Below are positions 55,258 through 64,000 of a stretch of DNA of 64,000 nucleotides, piece by piece (position 1 is the first letter of the stretch; each line of letters starts with the position of its first letter). Where the stretch lies: the NCBI GenBank assembly GCA_043800255.1, contig JAZDNF010000001.1, positions 128,001 to 192,000 of the forward strand. Direction: 5' to 3'. Both the position numbers and the translations under genes were made by a program. This stretch comes from Candidatus Altiarchaeota archaeon. GTDB taxonomy: Archaea; Altiarchaeota; Altiarchaeia; IMC4; SCGC-AAA252-I15. Below the pieces are notes generated by a model. That model was not told the DNA's origin and did not search any database. It saw nothing but the letters and a program-made list of their open reading frames with translations.

Positions 55258-55881
55258 TTGGATGATAAGACTCTGAAGGGTACGACCACTATAGGTCTGA
55301 CATGCAGCGACGGTGTAGTCTTCGCCTGCGATAGCCGGGCCTCTTGGGGGACTTTCGTCGCCAGCAAGAAGGCTAAGAAGACGTTCAGGATAAACGGCAC
55401 GGTGGGTGCCTCAGTCGCTGGGAGCGTAGGCGATGCGGAGTCGCTCATCAGGCTGATGCAGGCTGAGGCCTCGCTGTATGAGATAAACACGGGCGAGGCT
55501 ATGAGCGCGAACGCGGTTGCGACGCTGCTGGCCAACATCCTCCAGGGGAACAAGTACTTCCCCTACATGGTTCAGTTGCTCGTAGGAGGCTATGATGTCA
55601 ACATGCCAAAGATTTACACTCTCGACCCTATCGGCGGGCTCATAGAGGAAAAGTACGCTGCGACGGGGAGCGGGTCTCCGATGGCATACGGCATACTGGA
55701 GCAGCATTACTCCGAGGAGAAGCCTGTCAAGGAGAACGTTAAGGTGGCTGTCAAGGCGTTGAGGGTGGCGATGGAGAGGGACACTGCCACCGGCAACAGC
55801 ATAACGGTAGTTACGATAACGAGGGACGGGTACAGGGAATTAAGCGACGACGAGATAACAAGCATTTCAAAGGCTGTTTAG
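55258..55881 (+). CDS. psmB: Proteasome beta subunit
   Basis: KG|TTT processing site, AGSVGDA, TGSGS, RD..TG; TTG start. Confidence 0.95.
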   Translation: MDDKTLKGTTTIGLTCSDGVVFACDSRASWGTFVASKKAKKTFRINGTVGASVAGSVGDAESLIRLMQAEASLYEINTGEAMSANAVATLLANILQGNKYFPYMVQLLVGGYDVNMPKIYTLDPIGGLIEEKYAATGSGSPMAYGILEQHYSEEKPVKENVKVAVKALRVAMERDTATGNSITVVTITRDGYRELSDDEITSISKAV

Positions 55882-55963
55882 GCCATCCGTTCCGTCGGCT
55901 ATACACATTTCACGCATGGATTTTGTTTGATAGTGGATTGGATTTTTCTTCACGCTATTGAAG

Positions 55964-57850
55964 ATGGAATTTAAGGAAATCAAAAAGATTGTAGAGGAGA
56001 ATTCGCCTGAGGGCAAGATAATCGACGTCGACGTTGAGGGCCCGAAGATAGTATTGTACACAGATGATATGCCCTACTTCATAGACCACGGCGGCGAGGT
56101 CAGGAACCTGGCCGTTCTACTCAAGAAGAGGATAATCATACGCTCCGTCCCTGAGAAGCTGATGGCTCAAGCCAAGGCTGAGGAGAAGATCAGGGCCATC
56201 ATACCCGTAGAGGCGAGCATCGCCGACATAAGCTTTGACGAGGACTTCAGTGAGGTCAGAATAGAGGCTGAGAAGCTGGGCCTTGTCATAGGCAAACACG
56301 GTGCAACGCTTGATGAGATATCAAAGGTGACTGGATGGAATCCTAAGCTTCTGAGGAAGCCTCCAATAGACTCTAAGACCATACAGTCCATACGGAAAAC
56401 CCTCTTCGACAACAGGGGGGAGCACAAGAAGATACTCCGGAACGTTGGCAAGAAGATATACCGGAAACCAGACTCAAGTTGCGACTGGGTTAGGATAACT
56501 CCCCTGGGCGGGGCCAGAGAAGTCGGGAGGTCGTGCATGCTGGTGCAGACGCCTGGCAGCAACGTGCTGATAGACTGCGGCATAAACGTCGCAGCGTCCG
56601 ATGCAGCCCGTTTCCCGGATTTAAGGGCGGTCGATCTGGCCATATCGCAGCTTGACGCGGTAATAATCTCCCACGCACACCTGGACCACTGCGGTTTCCT
56701 GCCCTACCTTTACAAGTACGGCTATGACGGGCCGGTCTACTGTACGGAGCCTACCAGGGACCTGATGGCGCTCCTGCAGCTGGATGCCGTGGAAATAGGC
56801 CAGAGGGAGGATAATGCGCTTCCATTCGACAGCAAGGAGATCAGGAACCTGATAAAGCATACCATATCATTGGACTACGAGGATGTTGCTGACATCACGC
56901 CCGACATCAGGCTCACGTTGTACAATGCGGGACACATATTAGGTTCGTCCATAGTGCACCTGCACATCGGCGAGGGACTTCACAATCTCGTTTACACTGG
57001 AGACCTCAAGTTCGGGGACACGAGGCTGTTGGAGGCTGCGAAATTCGAGTTCCCGAGGGTGGAGACTGTGGTGATGGAGTCAACCTACGGGGGCCGCTAC
57101 GACCAGCAGCCTAAGAGGAGGGACGCTGAGGAGCTGCTGATAAGGGAGATATCTGACACTATAATGAGGGGCGGGAAGACGTTGATTCCGGTGTTCTCTG
57201 TCGGAAGGTCTCAGGAGGTTATGATGGTGCTGGAGAACGCCTTCCGCCATGGCGACCTCGAAGTCCCGGTCTTCTTGGACGGGATGATATGGGAGGCTAC
57301 TGCGATTCACACATCCTACCCCGAATACCTTAAGGATCACATAAAGTACAGGGTCTTCAACGGCTACAACCCGTTCCTGGCAGACGCCTTCGAGAAGGTC
57401 GAGCACAAGAAGAGGCAGGATATAATAGACTCGAAGGACCCGTGCATAATACTTGCGACCTCGGGGATGATGACTGGGGGTCCGTCAGTGGAATACTTCA
57501 AGAGCCTTGCGGAGGATCCGAGGAATTCTCTCAACTTTGTCGGATACCAGGCTGAGGGTTCATTGGGACGCAGGCTGCAGGGCGGCCTGAAGGAGATACC
57601 CCAGGAGATTGACGGCAAGAACAGGCTTCTGAAGGTCAACATGAACGTCAAGACGATTGAGGGCTTCTCAGGGCATGCTGACAGGAGGCAGCTCCTCGGT
57701 TATGCGAAGAAGATACGGCCTAAGCCTAGGAGAGTTCTCATAGTCCACGGCGAGGGCGATAAATCCACAAACCTTGCGATGACCCTGCAGGAGATGTTCA
57801 AGTTCGAGTGCTCAGCCCCGAGAAACCTTGACACGATACGGCTAGTCTGA
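55964..57850 (+). CDS. fttA: aCPSF1/FttA beta-CASP ribonuclease with KH domains
   Basis: EGP, KH GLVIGK.G, EVGRS, HAHLDH, MESTYG, FSGH; adjacent to psmB. Confidence 0.95.
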   Translation: MEFKEIKKIVEENSPEGKIIDVDVEGPKIVLYTDDMPYFIDHGGEVRNLAVLLKKRIIIRSVPEKLMAQAKAEEKIRAIIPVEASIADISFDEDFSEVRIEAEKLGLVIGKHGATLDEISKVTGWNPKLLRKPPIDSKTIQSIRKTLFDNRGEHKKILRNVGKKIYRKPDSSCDWVRITPLGGAREVGRSCMLVQTPGSNVLIDCGINVAASDAARFPDLRAVDLAISQLDAVIISHAHLDHCGFLPYLYKYGYDGPVYCTEPTRDLMALLQLDAVEIGQREDNALPFDSKEIRNLIKHTISLDYEDVADITPDIRLTLYNAGHILGSSIVHLHIGEGLHNLVYTGDLKFGDTRLLEAAKFEFPRVETVVMESTYGGRYDQQPKRRDAEELLIREISDTIMRGGKTLIPVFSVGRSQEVMMVLENAFRHGDLEVPVFLDGMIWEATAIHTSYPEYLKDHIKYRVFNGYNPFLADAFEKVEHKKRQDIIDSKDPCIILATSGMMTGGPSVEYFKSLAEDPRNSLNFVGYQAEGSLGRRLQGGLKEIPQEIDGKNRLLKVNMNVKTIEGFSGHADRRQLLGYAKKIRPKPRRVLIVHGEGDKSTNLAMTLQEMFKFECSAPRNLDTIRLV

Positions 57851-57898
57851 ACCGTCGTATTTTTATTCCCATTCCCTATTCTTTTTGAGGGGGTTGGG

Positions 57899-58534
57899 TT
57901 GTCAAAAACTGTCAGAACCGGCTTGTTCGATAATATCCTGGAAAGGCGAAGCTGCCGTTACTTCGACTCGAAGAGGGAGGTCTCCAACTGGGATGTGATG
58001 CTTATTCTGGAGGCTGGGCGCTGGGCTCCCTCTGCCAAGAACCTGCAGCCTTATGAATTCATAATCCTCAGGGACAAGAGGCGGAGGAAGAAGCTGGCTG
58101 AGATAGCCAGGCAACCGCAGCCGAGGAAGGCTCCGGTTTCGATAGTGGTCCTGGGAGACCTGGAGATTGCAGGCCTTGCAGGCGAACTGTCCCCACATGA
58201 CACTACCACAAAATGGAAGGGGGAGCACGTTTTCATATACATGGACGTTGCAGCAGCCATTGAGAACATGCTATTGGTCGCCCACTCTCTCGGCCTCGGT
58301 TCCCTTTGGATCAGCTCCTTCGACGGCAGAGCTTTGAGAAACCTGCTGAGGATTCCAAAAAAGTTCAGGCCGCTTGCCATAATCCCCCTAGGATATCCGG
58401 CGAGGAAGCCCACCCCGCCCCCGAAGAGGAGGCTCAGGGACATAGTGCACTGGGAGAACTTCAAGCCGAGCCCCTATGACACCCAGCTCATAGAGTTCTC
58501 AAAGCAGATAAACGTTGAATCTGACCCTAGATGA
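57899..58534 (+). CDS. Nitroreductase family protein
   Basis: RRSCR.F, APSAKN.QP, ENMLL.A..LGLGS.W, LGYP. Confidence 0.9.
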   Translation: MSKTVRTGLFDNILERRSCRYFDSKREVSNWDVMLILEAGRWAPSAKNLQPYEFIILRDKRRRKKLAEIARQPQPRKAPVSIVVLGDLEIAGLAGELSPHDTTTKWKGEHVFIYMDVAAAIENMLLVAHSLGLGSLWISSFDGRALRNLLRIPKKFRPLAIIPLGYPARKPTPPPKRRLRDIVHWENFKPSPYDTQLIEFSKQINVESDPR

Positions 58535-59723
58535 CCTTCCGTTTCCTGCTCATCGACACCCTGCTCGGCAGACCCCAGATGTCTATGAAGCCTTCAGCCT
58601 TGCTGTGGTCAAATCTATCGCTCCTGTCGTAGGTCGCCAGCCTGTAGTCGTAGAGCGAGTATCCTGACTTCCTGCCGACGATGGTGCAGCTGCCCTTGTA
58701 CAGTTTCATCCTAACCGTTCCTGTGACGACCTTCTGTGTCTCGTCTATGAACGCCTCGAGGTCGCTCTTCAGAGGTTCATACCATAGGCCATAGTAGACG
58801 AGCTGCGACCATTTTGAGTCTATAATCTCCTTGAAGGTGTTCTCCTCCCTCGTCAGCACCATCCTCTCAAGCTCCCTGTGCGCCTCCAGTATTATCGTCG
58901 CAGCCGGGCACTCATAAGTTTCCCTCGACTTTATGCCAACGAGCCTGTCCTCCATCATGTCGATCCTGCCTACGCCATGCTTCGCGCCTATGGCGTTAAG
59001 CTTCTGTATGAGTTTGACTTCTGGCATCCTCCTGCCGTTCAGCTTGACAGGTATTCCCCTCTCAAAGTCTATGGTCACATACTCCTTCTTGTTCGGGGCC
59101 TTCTCCGGTGCAGTGGTCCAGAAGAACGGCTTCTCGCTGGGCTCGCTCCAGGGGTCCTCCAGGGGCCCTGCCTCCGCGGACTTACCCCACAGGTTCATAT
59201 CGTAACTGTATGGATCCTTCTTAGTCACAGGCACCGGAATGCCGTGCTTTTTCGCGTATGCTATCGCGTCCTCCCTTGATATGGGCTTCTCCCTTGCTGG
59301 GGCTATCACTCTCAGTTTTGGGTTGAGGGCTTTCACGGTGACGTCGAACCTCACCTGGTCGTTCCCTTTTCCAGTGGAGCCGTGAGCCACAGCCTGGGCT
59401 TTCACCTTTTCGGCTACCTTGACAAGATGCTTCGCTATGAGCGGCCTGCCGAGGGCAGTCGCCAATGGGTATTTGCCTTCATACAATGCGTTAGCCTTTA
59501 TCGCAGGGTTCACGTAGTCCCTGACGAACTCCTCTCTGGCGTCGAGGCTGTACGTCTTTAATGCGCCAAGCTTCTTCGCCTTCCTCTCTATCGCCTTCAG
59601 GTCCGACTCATCCTGCCCCAGCTCAAGCGTGAGTGTCACGACGTCAGCGCCGTACTCATCCTGAAGCTGCTTTATGCAGATGGACGTGTCAAGGCCTCCC
59701 GAGTACGCTAAAACAACCTTCAT
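58527..59723 (-). CDS. argG: Argininosuccinate synthase
   Basis: LAYSGGLDTS, GKGNDQVRF, GIKSRE.YE.P. Confidence 0.97.
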   Translation of the reverse strand: MKVVLAYSGGLDTSICIKQLQDEYGADVVTLTLELGQDESDLKAIERKAKKLGALKTYSLDAREEFVRDYVNPAIKANALYEGKYPLATALGRPLIAKHLVKVAEKVKAQAVAHGSTGKGNDQVRFDVTVKALNPKLRVIAPAREKPISREDAIAYAKKHGIPVPVTKKDPYSYDMNLWGKSAEAGPLEDPWSEPSEKPFFWTTAPEKAPNKKEYVTIDFERGIPVKLNGRRMPEVKLIQKLNAIGAKHGVGRIDMMEDRLVGIKSRETYECPAATIILEAHRELERMVLTREENTFKEIIDSKWSQLVYYGLWYEPLKSDLEAFIDETQKVVTGTVRMKLYKGSCTIVGRKSGYSLYDYRLATYDRSDRFDHSKAEGFIDIWGLPSRVSMSRKRKVI

Positions 59724-59772
59724 CCTGCTAATTATTTAATATACCCAATAATTAAAATCACTTTTTGGGCAA

Positions 59773-62187
59773 ATGACCGACATTCCTAAAAAATACGACC
59801 CTCATGAGTCAGAGCCGAGGCTCCAGAGGTTCTGGGAGGACGAGGACGTCTACAGTTTCGATCCGGATGCTGAGGGCGAAGTCTACAGCGTCGACACTCC
59901 GCCCCCGACAGTCTCCGGGAAGATGCACTTGGGCCACGCGTTCAGCTACGCCCAGCAGGACTTTCTCGTAAGGTACAAGCGGATGAGAGGCTATAACGTC
60001 TTCTACCCCTTCGGAACTGACGACAACGGCATCCCGACCGAACGGCTTATTGAAAAGGAGAAGAGGGTGAAAGCCCATGGCATGCCCCGGCAGGAGTTCG
60101 TGAAACTCTGCCTGAAGACGTTGGAGGAGGAGTTACGTCCAAAGTACATTGCAGACTGGAAGCGCATAGGCATGAGCTGCGACTTCGACGTACGATACAC
60201 CACGATAGACGAGCACTGCCAGAGGATATCCCAGCGCTCATTCATCCAGCTTTATAACATGGGCAGGGAGTACAGGAAGGACGCTCCAGCCATGTGGTGC
60301 CCAGAGTGCCAAACAGGAATAAGCCAGGTCGAATGCCAGGACAGGGAGCTGGACAGCTCATTCAACGACATAGTCTTCAAGGCAGACGGCAAGGAACTGA
60401 TAATAGCCACAACCAGGCCTGAGCTTCTGCCAGCGTGTGTCGCAGTCTTCTACCATCCGGACGACAAGAGATTCCAGAAGTACGAGGGGAAAAAGGCGAA
60501 AGTCCCTTTGTTTGACTTCGAGGTTCCCATCATGTCTGACGAGCGGGCAGACCCTGAGAAGGGCACTGGCATCGTGATGTGCTGCACATTCGGAGACCAG
60601 ACTGACATGGAATGGCAGAAGGCTCACAACCTGCCGATTAAGAGCGCTCTCACGCCTGATGGCAGGCTCACCGAGATAGCAGGCAAGTACAGGGGTCTGA
60701 CCGTGAAGGAGGCGCGCAAGAACATAATAGAGGACCTGAAAAAGAGTAAACTGCTCGTAAAGCAGGAGCCTATAAGGCACTCTGTCAACGTCCACGAGCG
60801 CTGCGGCACCGAAGTCGAGTTCATACACTCTAAGCAGTGGTTCATAAAGTATCTTGACCTTAAGGATGAGATGCTTGCCTGGGGGGAGCAGCTTGACTGG
60901 TACCCGAAGCACATGAAGGCGAGATACGATCACTGGGTTAACGGCCTACAGTGGGACTGGCTCATCTCAAGGCAGAGGTACTTCGGCGTCCCCTTCCCAG
61001 TATGGTACTGCAAAAAATGCGACGAGATAATACTTGCAAGGGAGGAGGACCTCCCAGTCGACCCGACTAAGGACAGCCCTCCCGTTAAAAAGTGCCCCAA
61101 GTGCAATTCAATTGAGTTCATCCCGGAGTCAGACGTCCTCGACACCTGGGCGACGTCATCGCTTACGCCGCAGCTTGCTGTTGAACTGTTCAAGGACCAT
61201 CCAATCTACAAGAGGCTTTACCCGATGAGCCTGAGGCCGCAGGCCCACGACATCATAACCTTCTGGCTATTCAATACGGTCGTGAAGTCGAGAATGCACA
61301 ACGGGGTGAACCCCTGGAGGGACGTCGCAATCTCAGGACACGCGCAGGATCCCAATGGGAAGAAGATGTCGAAGAGCAAGGGCAACGTCATAGAGCCTCA
61401 GGAGATGATAGACAAGTACTCTGCGGATTCCCTGAGGTTCTGGGCCGCGGGCTCAAAATTAGGAGAGGACCTCCCCTTCAAGGAGAAGGACCTCCTAACA
61501 GGGGACAAGTTCATAACCAAGCTGTGGAATGCCTCAAGGTTCGTGTTCATGCACCTGGAAGACTATGAGAAGGGGGAGGTCGAGCTTACTATCGCAGACA
61601 GGTGGCTTCTGACCAAACTGTCGAAAATAGTCGGCGAATGCACCGCCTACTTTGACAGATACGAGTACATGCACACGAAGGCTCTCACTGAGAAGTTCTT
61701 CTGGCAGACCTACTGCGACTATTATTTGGAGATTGTCAAGCAACGGCTCTACAAGCCTGAGTTAAGGGGCGATGACTCCCGGAGGGCCGCGCAGCATGTC
61801 CTATACCAGTCCCTCCTCACTATACTGAAGCTGATGGCTCCCGTGATGCCTCACATCACCGAGGATGTTTATCAGACCTTCTACAAAAAGTTTGAGAAGG
61901 ACAGGTCAATCCACGTCTCAGCATGGCCTTCTCCCGAACAGTTCACATCAGATGAGAAGGCCGAGAACGTCGGAGACCTTCTAATGGAGGTTGTCGGCCT
62001 CATAAGGAAGCACAAGTCAGACAACAGCATACCGCTGGGGAACGAGTTGGAGTCTGTGACCATCCGCGCGAGCGCTGATGCGATTGAAAAACTCAGGCTG
62101 GTTGAAGATGACATCAGGGGAACCGGCAGGATAAAAGAAATAAGTTTCGAAGAGAAGGGCATCGAAGGCGTTGAACTCATCTTCTAG
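59773..62187 (+). CDS. valS: Valine--tRNA ligase (archaeal type)
   Basis: DTPPPTVSG.MHLGH, ATTRPE, SRQRYFG, KMSKS. Confidence 0.96.
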   Translation: MTDIPKKYDPHESEPRLQRFWEDEDVYSFDPDAEGEVYSVDTPPPTVSGKMHLGHAFSYAQQDFLVRYKRMRGYNVFYPFGTDDNGIPTERLIEKEKRVKAHGMPRQEFVKLCLKTLEEELRPKYIADWKRIGMSCDFDVRYTTIDEHCQRISQRSFIQLYNMGREYRKDAPAMWCPECQTGISQVECQDRELDSSFNDIVFKADGKELIIATTRPELLPACVAVFYHPDDKRFQKYEGKKAKVPLFDFEVPIMSDERADPEKGTGIVMCCTFGDQTDMEWQKAHNLPIKSALTPDGRLTEIAGKYRGLTVKEARKNIIEDLKKSKLLVKQEPIRHSVNVHERCGTEVEFIHSKQWFIKYLDLKDEMLAWGEQLDWYPKHMKARYDHWVNGLQWDWLISRQRYFGVPFPVWYCKKCDEIILAREEDLPVDPTKDSPPVKKCPKCNSIEFIPESDVLDTWATSSLTPQLAVELFKDHPIYKRLYPMSLRPQAHDIITFWLFNTVVKSRMHNGVNPWRDVAISGHAQDPNGKKMSKSKGNVIEPQEMIDKYSADSLRFWAAGSKLGEDLPFKEKDLLTGDKFITKLWNASRFVFMHLEDYEKGEVELTIADRWLLTKLSKIVGECTAYFDRYEYMHTKALTEKFFWQTYCDYYLEIVKQRLYKPELRGDDSRRAAQHVLYQSLLTILKLMAPVMPHITEDVYQTFYKKFEKDRSIHVSAWPSPEQFTSDEKAENVGDLLMEVVGLIRKHKSDNSIPLGNELESVTIRASADAIEKLRLVEDDIRGTGRIKEISFEEKGIEGVELIF

Positions 62188-62903
62188 GCCAGCAGCCTTG
62201 CCACTGTCAGGAAGCCGGTGTGGCCGAGCATCCTCGTATGCGGTCTCACTGTGTCCATGTTCCACTCCCTCTTCATCGCTTCGAAAGTCTCGCTCCTGAA
62301 GTCCTCTCCCAGGCTGTCGTGGAACTTCTTCGACTGCTGTATGCTGGGACTGTACGAGACCACGTATCCTCCCGTCTTCAGGGCCTTTTTCGCGTGCTCT
62401 GTCACATTCCATGGTTCAGGCAGGTCCAGCACGACAAGATCAAGCTTCTTCTCCTTTATGCCAGCGCTTATGTCGCCTAGCCTGACGGTCACATTCTTCA
62501 CTCCGAACCTTTTGAAGTTCTCCTTCGCTATGCTGGCGAAGTCCTCCCTGATTTCATAGGAGACGAGCTTCGCAGGGGCTATGATGTTCGCCAGAAAGAT
62601 TGAGAGGACTCCTGAGCCGACGCCAGCCTCAACAACCCTGCTGCCTGACCTTATCCCCGTGAAGCCTGCAATAAGAGAGCAGTCCTTAAGGGTAACAGCC
62701 TGCGGGCCTCTCTTCGCCTTCCTCAAAAAGTCGGTCACATCAGGCTCCAGTATCCTGAAGGCGTGCCCTGTGTTCGACCTTACGACAGAGCCTGGCTTCC
62801 CCCTGCTCAGCTGTTTCGACGTTATCAGTCCATAATTGGTGTGCAGGTCCTTCCCCTCCTGCAATAGGTAGGTCCTGCCCTTCTCATCCAAAAGCAGTAG
62901 CAT
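62184..62903 (-). CDS. trmI: tRNA (adenine(57/58)-N1)-methyltransferase
   Basis: RGPQ...KD, EAGVGSG, LDLPEPW, RP..RM.GHTGFL. Confidence 0.92.
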   Translation of the reverse strand: MLLLLDEKGRTYLLQEGKDLHTNYGLITSKQLSRGKPGSVVRSNTGHAFRILEPDVTDFLRKAKRGPQAVTLKDCSLIAGFTGIRSGSRVVEAGVGSGVLSIFLANIIAPAKLVSYEIREDFASIAKENFKRFGVKNVTVRLGDISAGIKEKKLDLVVLDLPEPWNVTEHAKKALKTGGYVVSYSPSIQQSKKFHDSLGEDFRSETFEAMKREWNMDTVRPHTRMLGHTGFLTVARLLA

Positions 62904-62905
62904 GG

Positions 62906-62965
62906 CTATCCTTTTTTCTTCTTTTTAGTCCCCTTCCTAGTTCCGCAGCTTCCGCATCCCATCAT
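62906..62965 (-). CDS. Candidate micropeptide (M)MGCGSCGTRKGTKKKKKG
   Basis: Manual translation; GAGGTGA RBS just upstream; stop 2 nt before trmI ATG. Confidence 0.55.
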   Translation of the reverse strand: MMGCGSCGTRKGTKKKKKG

Positions 62966-63101
62966 AATCACCTCTTAAATTATTATATCTTAAAGTATTA
63001 ACCTGGGTGGTGTCCGCTCCCAGCTGATGCCTCTCACCATGTTAGCGCTGCTTTCAGGGTGTGTTGGAGGGCGGAAGCCAGCCTATGGAGGTGAGACTAG
63101 A

Positions 63102-63632
63102 ATGGTCGGCAAGAAGGTTGTTATGGTGGTTGCTCCATCTAACTTCAGGGATGAGGAGCTTCTGAAGCCCAAACGCGTCCTGGAGTCAGCCGGCGTGAGC
63201 GTCAGAATAGCGTCTAAGGGCGTTAAGGAGGCGACTGGGGTTCTCGGCGCAAGAGTTAAAGTTGATATGGACCTCTCAGAGGTGAACGTCGAAGACTACG
63301 ACGCCGTTGTGTTCATAGGCGGCGGAGGAGCTAGCGTCTACTTCAACGACGAAATAGCCTTAGACCTCGCACAGAAATCCTTTGACGCCGGCAAGGTGAC
63401 TGCCGCAATCTGCATCGCGCCTGTCATACTCGCCAACGCAGGCGTCCTAAAAGGCAGGAAAGCGACGTCTTGGACTTCTCCCACAGATAAGAGCACGGCC
63501 GACGCCTTGAAGGCCGGCGGCGCAAAATACGTGAGCAATGACGTCATCGTCGACGGTTTCATAGTGACCGCCAACGGCCCAGGCGCCGCCGAAGAATTCG
63601 GCAGAAAGCTCGTTCAACTGCTCTCAACCTGA
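63102..63632 (+). CDS. DJ-1/PfpI family protein
   Basis: FRDEE, FIGGGG, AAICIAP, TANGP; GGAGGTGA RBS before ATG 63102 (longer in-frame start at 63027). Confidence 0.92.
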   Translation: MVGKKVVMVVAPSNFRDEELLKPKRVLESAGVSVRIASKGVKEATGVLGARVKVDMDLSEVNVEDYDAVVFIGGGGASVYFNDEIALDLAQKSFDAGKVTAAICIAPVILANAGVLKGRKATSWTSPTDKSTADALKAGGAKYVSNDVIVDGFIVTANGPGAAEEFGRKLVQLLST

Positions 63633-63795
63633 CCCGGCGTTGCCCAAAAAGTAAGCAAAAACGGGGACTTTTTGTGTAACTGAAAACTCTGCACAAAAAG
63701 TCCAAGAGCTACACAAAAACTCGGAAATGTACAAAAATGGGCTTTGTTGCATTAGAGGTTGATATGAATTGTTGTTGCATTACGGTTGATACCTC

Positions 63796-63981
63796 CTAAA
63801 TAAAACCCTCAGACTTCAATAAAACTTTATTATCTAGTGGATAAGCTTCTATTATCTTTTTTCTTTCAGAATTTCGTGCCTCAATCTGTTGATTAGTCCA
63901 TTCTGCTTTACAATATTGGCATTTGTATTTACCCCTAGTTTTATTTCCACAGACGGGGCAAGGAATATATGGTCTAACCAA
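63796..63981 (-). CDS. Small Zn-ribbon protein in an AT-rich segment
   Basis: CPVC...CQYC; visibly lower GC than the rest of the window. Confidence 0.55.
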   Translation of the reverse strand: MVRPYIPCPVCGNKTRGKYKCQYCKAEWTNQQIEARNSERKKIIEAYPLDNKVLLKSEGFI

Positions 63982-64000
63982 TAAACCTGCTATATGCCTT

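Overview
Archaeal chromosomal segment, gene-dense and mostly housekeeping: translation and transcription (aIF2-alpha/gamma, S6e, S24e, S27ae, P1/L12, Rpo7, Spt4, FttA, GatE, ValS, PriS, Nop10, Nob1), proteasome beta subunit, two PAC2 chaperones, amino acid and cofactor biosynthesis (ThrC, DapL, TrpA, IlvH, ArgG, ThiC, GuaAA), and N-glycosylation (AglB, UppS, two GT-C enzymes). The lineage is uncertain; an Altiarchaeota-like prototrophic archaeon is only an inference. Two intron-containing tRNAs are present (Lys-UUU, Arg-GCG). Three unusual things stand out. (1) A tandem array of 11 diverged TrbC/VirB2-like (T4SS-type) pilin genes (15.9-19.7 kb), each with a conserved Cys pair flanking the helical hairpin. 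(2) A two-gene unit encoding a 2650-aa Cys-repeat surface protein and a VirB6/TrbL-like membrane protein with an internal pilin-like motif and a C-terminal HhH DNA-binding-like domain. Together with (1) this suggests a chromosomal, dispersed conjugation-like pilus or DNA-transfer system; no VirB4 or relaxase is in the window. (3) A family of modular hairpin-rich non-coding elements beside both tRNAs and at 13.5 kb, with duplicated tRNA-Arg fragments. There is also a candidate 18-19 aa CxxC/Lys micropeptide. No CRISPR array, rRNA or transposase was seen. All family assignments come from motif recognition by eye; no searches were run.
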